A stretch of 31,714 nt of DNA from a virus (taxonomy: Duplodnaviria; Caudoviricetes), in IMG/VR virus record IMGVR_UViG_3300017766_001474, positions 1-31,714 of that record, one strand, 5' to 3'. The position numbers were made by a program, and so were the translations under genes. The notes beneath the pieces are model-generated. The model had not been told where the DNA came from and searched no databases. It saw only the letters and a program-made list of their open reading frames with translations. Positions 8,517 through 17,391 of the stretch are shown in pieces (within the stretch, counting starts at the first letter, position 1; each line of letters starts with the position of its first letter).

Positions 8517-11500
8517 TTACACTCCGAAGTAACGAAGAATTCTGTCGGCCATTTGCGGATCTTTGTACCCCATAGCTTTAATTTGTTGTTGCAACAAATC
8601 GCGGTTTCGGCTGCCTTGAGCAAAAGATGCAGGATCACTGACAATAAAAGACAAAGTAGATGCCTTATTGCTTTTTGAGCCAGACACGGTGAACAGCTTT
8701 TCCAAAAGATCTTTTTCTTCTTCATACTTTGGCGCATAGAGGCGATTGAATTCTTGGTTCAAGCCGCGACCGGCGGCGGCGGCCTGCGTGGCGGAAAGCC
8801 TGTACGTTCCGTTTGGATCGGTAAGTGAGTTCTGCACGTTGTTGAAGTAGTTGTTTTGATCGATAGCTTTTTGGTTCACCGTAAGAATGCCGGATACAAT
8901 TTTAGCTCTGCCCGCCGGAGAGGTAGTGTTGCCTGGAATGCTGGACAGGATTGCTTCAAGCTCCTGAGCGGTTTGAGAACCACGCGGAACTTGTCCAATC
9001 AACTGAGCCCGAAGTTTTTCGACCTCTTCTTTGTTCGCCAAGACTTCCGGTTTGATCGGAGGAATACCGAAGATTCCGGTCGCCGAATTTACGTACTGCG
9101 CAACCTGTGCGAGAGCGTCTTGCGCGGGGCCGGTGGGAGAATTAGAAAGCGCGCCAGTCAATCTGTTGAGCAAAGTGCGACTGTTGAGAGCAGCATCTGC
9201 GTCAGCCGCCGCGCTATCAAATGGAGAAGTTTCAACGCTTTTAGAAACCAAACCAGCATCAAGTGCCCTGACATTTTGAGCCAATAACGCCCGCGTGCTT
9301 TCCGGCAAGACGCCCACAGGGTTGTCGGTTGTAGGAGTAATGGCGGCAAGAGTCGCGCCCGCAGCCGTTGGTGCGGCTGCTTGTGCAACTGGAGCGGCAG
9401 TCACGCCGCCAAACTGCTGCATTGCCTGTGCCCCCGCCAATTTACGGTCTTCTTCATTAGTGAATGGAGCAAAACGATATTTCCCCCACTCATTGGCCGC
9501 AGGCATGCGGATGATCTGAACATTACCGTTCTCATCAAACACGCGCGCATACGGAATGTTGGTGCCCGGAGTGACGCCAATTGCACTTTGCGCGATTTCC
9601 GCCTTCTGTGCGGCAGTTTCCATCTGCGTTCTCTCGCGCTCTGCCACCTTGGAGCGCATCGTTTCGTAAGCGCTGCCTGCACCGCCAAGGCCCTGCAAGA
9701 ATGCAGAACCGGCATAGCGCGACGGCGAGCTCGCCATCGTGCCCAAGCCAGCCACCAGCGGGATAAGCCACTGTTCGTTGCGCGCCATCCAGCCGGGCAC
9801 TCCGCCTTGCGTACCGGCAGCAACGCCAGTCGAAGCAGCGCCGGTAGCAGGAGAAGCAGCAGTAGATGTCGTCGTGGTGGACGCAGCGGGGGTCGCGCTG
9901 TCAGCCGGAACTGATGGAGAAAATTCCCCCAATCCACCAGCTTCAGTCAATTGAGGCGCAAAGGTTTCTGGCACAACGCCAGCGGGCTGTGCAGCCGCAT
10001 CTGTCGGTGAAGCGGCGGCGGCAGGCGCCTGCGGCGCTGGAGACGGGGCAGGAACGGCGGCGGCAACGCCGGGTTCAGGGGCAGGCGGCAACGCAGTCGG
10101 AGACGCGGCAGAAGGCGCTCCCGGCACCAGCCCCGGCACGGGCGGCTTTTCGGCGGGAGGAGGAATATATGGAACACCGGTAGCTGCGGCGGCTGTTCCA
10201 AGCTTCCGTTCCAAATATCTTCGCCGCATAAGAGACGGAATGAAATCAAGGGCCGACTTGAGTTGCCCAAATCTTTCTTTCATTCCCTCCGTGTCAAACT
10301 GATACGGAGCGTTGATGCTTTTGGCTCTTTCCGGCGTATACGGCGCAACGCCTGTCGGACCATTTTTCGGAGCGGTTGTGTACGACACATTAGCCGTGCT
10401 CCGAGCGAGTTCTGCGGGAGACAAAGCGCGCGCTTCCCGCCCAGCGCCGCCGAGGTCGGCCGCGCCCTCTGCGCGCATGCGAGCAAGACTGTCACTGCGC
10501 AACAGTTCTTCTTGCAGACGACGACGCTCTTCGGCGGCGGCGCGGAGAGCCGTTTCACCTTCGGAAGTAGCTGCAAATGTTCCAGACGGAGTGGTGTACG
10601 TTACGGCCGTGCCAGCGGCGAGTTCTGCGGGAGACAAAGCGCGCGCTTCCCGCCCAGCACCGCCGAGGTCGGCCGCGCCCTCTGCGCGCATGCGAGCAAG
10701 ACTGTCACTGCGCAACAGTTCTTCTTGCAGACGACGACGTTCTTCGGCGGCGGCGCGGAGGGCCGCTTCACCCGCAGGCGTAGCTCCAAACGTGCCGGTG
10801 GGCGTCGTATAGGTCACGGCGGGAAACCCACCGTCCGCATAACCAACACGACCACCATTGGCATTCGACCACGGCGTCATCTTCCACAAATCGGCGATGT
10901 TCTTGCCGGTTGCCATGGCGCTATTCGCGTCGCGCATCGTTTGCTCAGACGAACTTTCACTCGGCAGCTTCTCGGGCCGCACGAGTTCGTACTGCTTGAT
11001 GTCGTGCGGAATGTTCAGCGAGCCGCCCTTCGACCATGGCGCATCGCTGTACATACGACTCATCTGCCCGAGGTAGTCGGGCGTGCCGCCGTCGGCATAG
11101 CCGCTAGGCACAACGCCGCCTTGAGCATACTGCTCGACGTCGGCTGGCAGGTTAGCGGCCCAGTTGAGCGGCTTGATATCGACTTTGGTCGGAGCCACCG
11201 GCGAACTGCGGCGGCCAATTTCAATCAACGTCGTCTTGTACGGACCAGACGACTGTCCGCGCGATCCATACAGGCCGTAGGCGCCGTACGGGACGACCTC
11301 GTCCGGCGCGCCTAGGAGTTTCTCGATCTCGGCCAGCGCATCACTTTCCGCGCTGCCGCCACGAGCGAATCCTTCGCCTGCGTGATGCGGGAGTACGCCG
11401 CCGCCCATGCTTGCCGCATCTTTTGTGGCAGCGTCGTAGTCGACGGTTTTGAAGCCACCAGCGAGCCCGACAGCCTCCGGGTGTTTGGTTTCAACGTCTT

Positions 11501-12668
11501 GGGCGACAAGGCCGATCTGCTTTTGCGGATTACCCTTGTAGTTGAACTTGACGATCTTTTGCCCGTCATACGTCTCACCAATCGGCTGAATGTTGTCCTT
11601 GAGCCGTTCGTCTGAGAAGAACGAAGACGGCTGCGTCTGCGTCGTGCCAGAGCCGGACAACGCGCCGGTGCCCATCGCAATGTTGCCGAGGAACTGGGCG
11701 ACCTGGAACGGGTAGCCCTGCTGCTGGAGGTACTGGTTGTACAGCGCCGACAGAGCAGCCTGCTGCGTCTGCTGCTGCGCCGCGCCAGCCTGGAGCTGCG
11801 CCTGCGCGCCCGTCAGGCCCGCCTGCTGCACGCCAGCGCCGAGGCCCGCGAGGCCCTGGCTCACGCCAGCACCGATGCCGTACAGACCCTGACCAAGTGC
11901 CTGCTGCTGCTGGGCGGCGGCAAGCTGCTGGCCGAAGCCCTGCTGACCGATGGCGGCCATCTGGCCGGCCGCAGCCGCCTGCGCAGCGCGGTTGGCCTGT
12001 TCAGCACCAAGCCCGATCTGCTGCTGCTGCTGGGCGGTGCCGAGGGCCTGACCATAGCCCTGATTGAGCAGACCGGAGAGAACCTGACCGGTGGCAAGGT
12101 TCTGCTGCCGAGCGAGGTTCGCGCGCGCCAGCCGCCCGCGATCTCCGCCAAAGGCGCCAGCTCCAATCTGCTGACCGAGTAGTGAGGACTGTTCCTGCTG
12201 CTGCTGCTGTTGCAAATTTGCGAGCGTCGAGCCGACGACGTTCTGCAAATACGGCGACATGTACTGCTGAATTTGCTGACCGCCGAGTTCGGTTGGCGAG
12301 ACGCCGCGCGCGCCTGCAATGCCGTAGCCGGTCGCCAGCGCCTGATATGGCTGCGCGCCTGCCAAGCCTGCGTTGACGTTCTGCGAAGCCGCCTCGTAGG
12401 CAGGCATAGCCGCCTGACCGGCGGCAAGCAGGGACTGCGTCGCGCCCTGGTAATACGGCGCGTACATTCCTTGCGTCATGTTGACGTTCTGGATGCCAGC
12501 CTGCTGCGTCTGCGTCAGTGGCGCGACGAAAGCGTTGGGATCGGTGGCATATTGCTGGAACGGCTGGGAAGCGACGTCTTCCGCGTACCGGTTTACGGCG
12601 TTGTATCTCGCCAGAACTTCGGACGGGATCTTAACCTGTGAAGTAGAGGTGCTACTTTTGCCGCCCAT
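8517..12668 (-). CDS. Large internal virion/ejection protein: Gln/Ala/Gly-rich N-terminus, internal peptidase-S74 domain, tandem repeat, Pro/Ala linker
   Basis: 1383-aa ORF containing GAFGGDRG, poly-Q tracts and SDERLKDNIQPIG...GLVAQDVE...PEAV...VDY; lies between the GNAT and SLT genes as in podophage ejection clusters. Confidence 0.82.
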   Translation of the reverse strand: MGGKSSTSTSQVKIPSEVLARYNAVNRYAEDVASQPFQQYATDPNAFVAPLTQTQQAGIQNVNMTQGMYAPYYQGATQSLLAAGQAAMPAYEAASQNVNAGLAGAQPYQALATGYGIAGARGVSPTELGGQQIQQYMSPYLQNVVGSTLANLQQQQQQEQSSLLGQQIGAGAFGGDRGRLARANLARQQNLATGQVLSGLLNQGYGQALGTAQQQQQIGLGAEQANRAAQAAAAGQMAAIGQQGFGQQLAAAQQQQALGQGLYGIGAGVSQGLAGLGAGVQQAGLTGAQAQLQAGAAQQQTQQAALSALYNQYLQQQGYPFQVAQFLGNIAMGTGALSGSGTTQTQPSSFFSDERLKDNIQPIGETYDGQKIVKFNYKGNPQKQIGLVAQDVETKHPEAVGLAGGFKTVDYDAATKDAASMGGGVLPHHAGEGFARGGSAESDALAEIEKLLGAPDEVVPYGAYGLYGSRGQSSGPYKTTLIEIGRRSSPVAPTKVDIKPLNWAANLPADVEQYAQGGVVPSGYADGGTPDYLGQMSRMYSDAPWSKGGSLNIPHDIKQYELVRPEKLPSESSSEQTMRDANSAMATGKNIADLWKMTPWSNANGGRVGYADGGFPAVTYTTPTGTFGATPAGEAALRAAAEERRRLQEELLRSDSLARMRAEGAADLGGAGREARALSPAELAAGTAVTYTTPSGTFAATSEGETALRAAAEERRRLQEELLRSDSLARMRAEGAADLGGAGREARALSPAELARSTANVSYTTAPKNGPTGVAPYTPERAKSINAPYQFDTEGMKERFGQLKSALDFIPSLMRRRYLERKLGTAAAATGVPYIPPPAEKPPVPGLVPGAPSAASPTALPPAPEPGVAAAVPAPSPAPQAPAAAASPTDAAAQPAGVVPETFAPQLTEAGGLGEFSPSVPADSATPAASTTTTSTAASPATGAASTGVAAGTQGGVPGWMARNEQWLIPLVAGLGTMASSPSRYAGSAFLQGLGGAGSAYETMRSKVAERERTQMETAAQKAEIAQSAIGVTPGTNIPYARVFDENGNVQIIRMPAANEWGKYRFAPFTNEEDRKLAGAQAMQQFGGVTAAPVAQAAAPTAAGATLAAITPTTDNPVGVLPESTRALLAQNVRALDAGLVSKSVETSPFDSAAADADAALNSRTLLNRLTGALSNSPTGPAQDALAQVAQYVNSATGIFGIPPIKPEVLANKEEVEKLRAQLIGQVPRGSQTAQELEAILSSIPGNTTSPAGRAKIVSGILTVNQKAIDQNNYFNNVQNSLTDPNGTYRLSATQAAAAGRGLNQEFNRLYAPKYEEEKDLLEKLFTVSGSKSNKASTLSFIVSDPASFAQGSRNRDLLQQQIKAMGYKDPQMADRILRYFGV
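10405..10820. repeat. In-frame tandem duplication, period 213 bp (71 aa)
   Basis: GCGAGTTCTGCGGGAGACAAAGC... starts at 10405 and again at 10618; the peptide AVTYTTP.GTF.AT..GE.ALRAAAEERRRLQEELLRSDSLARMRAEGAADLGGAGREARALSPAELA occurs twice. Confidence 0.97.
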
Positions 12669-13143
12669 TATCGCCGTCCTTCATAAACCCAGTCTTCGCT
12701 CCGTAGAGGAAGAAAGCGCCGCTCGGTTCGCCAAACTGTCTGCGGTACAGCCTGACTTTGCCTTCGGTGCGATGATTGCTCAGGACGCCAATGATTAATG
12801 GCAATTCAAGACGATCTGCGGCCCGCTTGCTAAACTCACACAATTTTCGCGCCCTGCCGCCTTTTGCGCTGCGGTAATCAGGGTGAATGAAGATGGCCTT
12901 TTCTTCTAGGACATCTTGGTCAGAATACCACATCTTTCCAATACGTAAGAGGACGGCGCCCTCTAATTTACCTTTTGGGCCAATAAGACCCATAACGCCC
13001 CTATCGCCCACCAGAGCTGGCCAGACTTCCTCAAGCAGGCGGCCGGGACTGGGGGTTACAAAGCTATTCTCCATGCTACCGGCCAGGGCTAGGCCCATGA
13101 CGGCGTCTACGTCCTCAGGGGTGCCAATATAGACTTCGCTCAT
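12652..13143 (-). CDS. GNAT-fold acyltransferase (position analogous to T7 gp13)
   Basis: Motif-A-like FIHPDYRSAKGGRARKL and KVRLYRR; ATG 13143 (MSEVYIG) directly after the upstream stop; overlaps the ejection gene start by 17 bp. Confidence 0.8.
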   Translation of the reverse strand: MSEVYIGTPEDVDAVMGLALAGSMENSFVTPSPGRLLEEVWPALVGDRGVMGLIGPKGKLEGAVLLRIGKMWYSDQDVLEEKAIFIHPDYRSAKGGRARKLCEFSKRAADRLELPLIIGVLSNHRTEGKVRLYRRQFGEPSGAFFLYGAKTGFMKDGDNGRQK

Positions 13144-13144
13144 T

Positions 13145-13657
13145 TCAATCCTTTTTGGGGCCGGGCAGCTTCTTAAGGGTCTGGACCGTCTTTGCCCGCA
13201 TCTGTTTGACGAATTCGTCCAGAACTCTATGGCCATCGTCCATAGATCCATCGCCCACCCGCGCCACATCCTCGGGGTGGATCACATATTCGCCGCCAGC
13301 GGCGACGATGCCGACGGGCGAAGCGCCCGCCGGTAGAGCACCGGTGCGGGTCGAGAACATGCTTTTGGCCACGTCGAATCCGGCCATGGTGTTGCCCTCG
13401 CCCATGGCGCTGATGATGTCGGCCGGGATCACATAGGAGCCGCTGGCCACGTGCATGGGCAGGTGGTCGGTGCGGCCCGCCACAGGACTGTGGATCGGCC
13501 CGGCGTGAACCTTAGTGACCATGCCGCCGTCCGCCCGCGCCTGCCGGGCGGTGTTCAGGGCGGCCGCGATGGCCTGCTTGCGCGGGTGCCCGGCGCCGAT
13601 CATCTCACTGATGTTGTGAGAGATCGTCTCTTGAGACTTGCCCTTCTTCAGAGGCAT
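13145..13657 (-). CDS. Two-module protein: basic MPLKKG module, RADGG linker, then a domain with duplicated G-[SE]-YVI motif
   Basis: GGAGG RBS; MPLKKGKSQETISHNISEM...KQAIAAAL, then GRTDHLPMHVASGSYVIPADIIS and AAGGEYVIHPEDV. Confidence 0.8.
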   Translation of the reverse strand: MPLKKGKSQETISHNISEMIGAGHPRKQAIAAALNTARQARADGGMVTKVHAGPIHSPVAGRTDHLPMHVASGSYVIPADIISAMGEGNTMAGFDVAKSMFSTRTGALPAGASPVGIVAAGGEYVIHPEDVARVGDGSMDDGHRVLDEFVKQMRAKTVQTLKKLPGPKKD

Positions 13658-13665
13658 TGGTCCTC

Positions 13666-14910
13666 CTACGCCGTCAAGTTATAAAACGAGATATTACCGA
13701 GTACATCACCAGTACCACTGTCAATTTTTGCAGCGAGCGTGTAAATGTCGGAAACACCTGCGACAGTAGATCCCAACTGAAGCGCCCAGTTGTAGCCAGT
13801 CCCTTCATTAAAAGATTCTCTGGATTGATTAGAAGACGCCGTGTAGTTCAACAGAACCACGTCTTCAGTAGTAAACGAGATTGCGGTCGCGCCGGTATCA
13901 ACATCGACTTGCCCCCCAGAGAGCGTATCTCCCCAAGTATCATTGGTCAGTGTTCCGTTCTTCACCAGGAAGAGGCTGTAGTATCCATTATCTTCTGGAT
14001 AGAAACTCACGCCGGACGGGATCACGACAGCCCCCAAGTAGGAGCTGTTGAGCCGAATAGAGATGATTGGCTTTGCCGTCGTGCTGACGTTTTTTTTCGT
14101 CGAAACGTAAGCAACATACTGCTGCGAGATTTCTTCGAAGCCACCTTCAGAGATCACGGCTGAGCAAATTTGCTGCATCGTGGAGTTAGACGCAGTAGCA
14201 CCGGTGTTCGTGATCTCGTAGCGGATGGGCAAGATCGCCGTCTGCATGTAGACAGCCGTCTGCGAATTTGCGTTGTTGAACGTGTGGCAGACGATGAACT
14301 GGCCATCTAGGACAAAGCCACAGCGCACACTGCCGGCGCCGAGCCATTCCATGTCGGTGAAGAAGTTTTGCGTCTTGGTAATGTCCAGCGTGATGCCAGA
14401 CGGGCCCGTGCCATCGAGCTTGTCACCGTTCCAGTCGGCCTGATCCACCTTGCGGGCATCGCTCGCCGAGCCGCCCGTGTACGTCCTGATAATGAACGAC
14501 TTGGTGGTGTTGTTGACTTGGAAGAAGATGCCGTTGTCGGTGTTGAAGTAACCAACACGCTGGCGAAGATTAGTCTTGGCCTCGTTCATCACGAACGTCG
14601 CCAGCACCAGCAAACTCTTGCCCGGCTGGTAGATGAACACGCGCTTGCTCTGGCGAATAGTTTCCGACCCAGAAGAGGTCGTGACCGTCATATCAACGCA
14701 AGCCTTGTTGGCATTATAGACGGCGGTGCCGTCGGTCGCGGTCGAAGAGCTGAACTGTCCGTCTGCCGCGTAGCGGTTCTGGCTATCAAACAATGTATAG
14801 GGCGAGCTGATGCGCAGGCGGCCGAAAGCATCAACCTGAACGCCGCCAAACTTAGCGTTGACTGGATAAGACGTGCTGTATCCGAGCGGCGGATAGGATG
14901 TGATCGTCAT
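13666..14910 (-). CDS. Virion structural protein (beta-rich, possibly lectin-like)
   Basis: DAFGRLRIS.P.TLFDSQ, YQPGKS and EWLGAGSVRCGF motifs recall phage tail-associated proteins; ATGA-coupled to the upstream gene. Confidence 0.72.
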   Translation of the reverse strand: MTITSYPPLGYSTSYPVNAKFGGVQVDAFGRLRISSPYTLFDSQNRYAADGQFSSSTATDGTAVYNANKACVDMTVTTSSGSETIRQSKRVFIYQPGKSLLVLATFVMNEAKTNLRQRVGYFNTDNGIFFQVNNTTKSFIIRTYTGGSASDARKVDQADWNGDKLDGTGPSGITLDITKTQNFFTDMEWLGAGSVRCGFVLDGQFIVCHTFNNANSQTAVYMQTAILPIRYEITNTGATASNSTMQQICSAVISEGGFEEISQQYVAYVSTKKNVSTTAKPIISIRLNSSYLGAVVIPSGVSFYPEDNGYYSLFLVKNGTLTNDTWGDTLSGGQVDVDTGATAISFTTEDVVLLNYTASSNQSRESFNEGTGYNWALQLGSTVAGVSDIYTLAAKIDSGTGDVLGNISFYNLTA

Positions 14911-15326
14911 GCCAGTGCCGGACCTCCGCCGACCTTGATCGTCACAGAACTAGCAGACGCATAGGCCGCGACAAAGCCGCCAGCATCAAGAACCTGCTGG
15001 CCGGTCCACTGCACGGTGGAATTGCCATTGATCGGCGCCGCATAGAACAAGGCATTGCTTGCGCCCGCGGTGCCGCCCAGGGGCACAAGCGAGACATAGA
15101 AGGTAGCGGCCGTGGCCGACGTGTTGCAGATCTCAATATCTACAATGGCTACTTGGAACCCGGTCGGCACCGTATAGAGCGTCGCATACGAGCCAGTGCC
15201 AGCGGCGCCGCTTGAAAGTACGTCGCCCTTTGAATACAGCAACAGGCCGTTCAGCGCCTGCGCAATGGCGTTGATACCAACGACGCCGTTCTTCTGCGTA
15301 GTTAGGATATCTGCTAGCGATGCCAT
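14907..15326 (-). CDS. Small beta-rich virion protein
   Basis: TLYTVP...IEICNTS...QVLDAGG; start overlaps the nozzle stop. Confidence 0.7.
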   Translation of the reverse strand: MASLADILTTQKNGVVGINAIAQALNGLLLYSKGDVLSSGAAGTGSYATLYTVPTGFQVAIVDIEICNTSATAATFYVSLVPLGGTAGASNALFYAAPINGNSTVQWTGQQVLDAGGFVAAYASASSVTIKVGGGPALA

Positions 15327-17386
15327 CAGTACTTACCGTCTGGCTGGAAGCGATAGCGCATGTTGCCCAAGCGCCAGAACGAACCGATGTCATTACTGCT
15401 GATCTGCACCGCCATGAGGCGACCGCGGAAGCGCGGCGTAACGAACTGCTGCGTCTGCGTCAGCGTAAACGGACCGTAGGAAATCGGCGTGTCGCCCGGA
15501 TAGTCGGTGACATAGAAGGTGAGCTGTACGTTGGCGTTCTGCATCCCGCCGTAATAGCCCCACTTCATGTCCGGCCAGACCTGATCCACGAACACCTTCA
15601 TGTCTGCTTCATCCATGGCGAAGTAGCCAGTGCGGAAGCTCGAGGACATGGGCTGGCCGTCGGCGTCGGTCGAAGTCTCGTGCTGATAGATGTATTGGTT
15701 GGACCCGGCGCCAATGGGCGGCCCCAGCACCGACTGATCGATCCAAGCCGTGCGCGATAGAGTGCCGAAGTCCCACTTACCCAAGGCGACGTTGTACTTC
15801 ACGTACTTCGTCGGCACGCCGCTGCTGCCGACCGTGGGATAGTACCAAGCAATTTCGTTAAATCGCGCATTGGGCGCGATGCGGATGTTATCGACGTAGT
15901 CGGTGTCGATGTCCTGGAAGATCACGTCCCAGATCGGGCAGAAGATCGGGCTCACGCCGTCACCGGCGTGGCGGAAGAACTGGCTCTGGCTCATCCAATA
16001 GATGACGCCGGCCATCGATCCCGCCGCCTTGCGGCCGATCAGACCGCAGCCGGTCGCCACCTCGTTGAAGCTGTAGACCAGCGGAACATCCGCCGAGACG
16101 GCGTTGGTGTATTGCATCGCCCACAGCGCGAGGTCAGTCCAGAGCAGGCCCTGCTGCGGGCCCTGGATGGCGCCAACGATCTTGGATCCGCGCGGGATGC
16201 GGTAGGAGCCAGCCTGATTGGTCACGGCGGCATCCCACACCGTGTAATCTTCCAGGTCGCACCAGCGCACGAGCAGAGGATCGATCAGGCCGTTGAAGGT
16301 CGAGCCGTAGGCAATGATCTGCCGCTGCGGCATGGCAACGAACGCGCCGTAGTTGTTCGACGGCCCCTGCCAGATCACGCTGGCGTTGTCGTTATTCTGC
16401 GTTGGGTTCCACTGATAGATTGGACCGCCAAATGGGACGGCGATCAGTGTCTCGCCCCAGTTGTCGAGCGTCCAATCATCCGCAGTGATCGGAGTGCCCG
16501 TGGTTGTAGGATCAAGGCCCGTCCCGTAGCCACCCTCGCCATATCCTTGACTTCCGTAGCCTTCGCCGAGCGGCAGGGGGCCGTAGCCAACGTGATACAG
16601 AAAGTGGACATCGCCATTGTTCATATCGGCGGTTGCGGTTGATGTTGCCGATAGCTGCGCCTGAATTACAAACACATTGGCGCTTGTCACCGACTGGATA
16701 ATGTAATTGCCGTAGATCGTCACGCCGCCGACGGTGGTGGAAACCAGCGCGGTGAAAGTATCACCGACTGAGTATCCGTGATCGTTCAGCGTGACATCAA
16801 CCAGAGCCGACCCGCTCGTCGTATCAAACTGCGGAACCGCACCGCCGTTTGCGACAGTGGCAGTCGCTAGCTCCAGCTCACCAAGTTCGTTGCGCGCCGT
16901 GATGGTGTACTCGTTCACCACTCCGGTAGGCACGCAGATGTAGGTGCCGAACAGCACCAGACCGCCGACGCTAACAGGCGTCTGGATAAACACAGAGTCG
17001 TAGATCGACGGATTTACGTTGGCATCAATGATCGTGACCGTGCTGCTGCCGGACGTAGTAGAGAAGTCTGGCGCAACATCGCTCTCTTCATCACGCGGCG
17101 TGATGTCAGACAGAGATCCATTGTTGATGACGTCAAGGCTTGACTCTGCGCCAATCGCCAGCCAGTTGTTGGTGTTCGTGTCCGCCCACGCCCACATAGC
17201 CCGGACGGTCGATCCAATAGAGTTCGGATAGAACTTCGTCCAGCCGCCCAGCTTCTGAGGCAGGCCAATGCCCTGCGTATCCGGCACGAACCGGATGAGC
17301 TGAGACGTGGAGATTGCCGCTTCGTTCAGCGCCGGGGTGCGGTTCTGATCGACGCCGGGAGTGAGTTTGATAGATGCGTGGGGCAT
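15326..17386 (-). CDS. Tail nozzle / tubular protein B-like (P22 gp10-type beta-propeller)
   Basis: 686 aa with PQKLGGW, WTLDNWGE, LVRWCD.ED...W....TNQAG, CGLIG, RTAW, RFRGR, FWRLG and terminal PDGKY; follows an adaptor gene. Confidence 0.82.
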   Translation of the reverse strand: MPHASIKLTPGVDQNRTPALNEAAISTSQLIRFVPDTQGIGLPQKLGGWTKFYPNSIGSTVRAMWAWADTNTNNWLAIGAESSLDVINNGSLSDITPRDEESDVAPDFSTTSGSSTVTIIDANVNPSIYDSVFIQTPVSVGGLVLFGTYICVPTGVVNEYTITARNELGELELATATVANGGAVPQFDTTSGSALVDVTLNDHGYSVGDTFTALVSTTVGGVTIYGNYIIQSVTSANVFVIQAQLSATSTATADMNNGDVHFLYHVGYGPLPLGEGYGSQGYGEGGYGTGLDPTTTGTPITADDWTLDNWGETLIAVPFGGPIYQWNPTQNNDNASVIWQGPSNNYGAFVAMPQRQIIAYGSTFNGLIDPLLVRWCDLEDYTVWDAAVTNQAGSYRIPRGSKIVGAIQGPQQGLLWTDLALWAMQYTNAVSADVPLVYSFNEVATGCGLIGRKAAGSMAGVIYWMSQSQFFRHAGDGVSPIFCPIWDVIFQDIDTDYVDNIRIAPNARFNEIAWYYPTVGSSGVPTKYVKYNVALGKWDFGTLSRTAWIDQSVLGPPIGAGSNQYIYQHETSTDADGQPMSSSFRTGYFAMDEADMKVFVDQVWPDMKWGYYGGMQNANVQLTFYVTDYPGDTPISYGPFTLTQTQQFVTPRFRGRLMAVQISSNDIGSFWRLGNMRYRFQPDGKY

Positions 17387-17391
17387 CTAGA

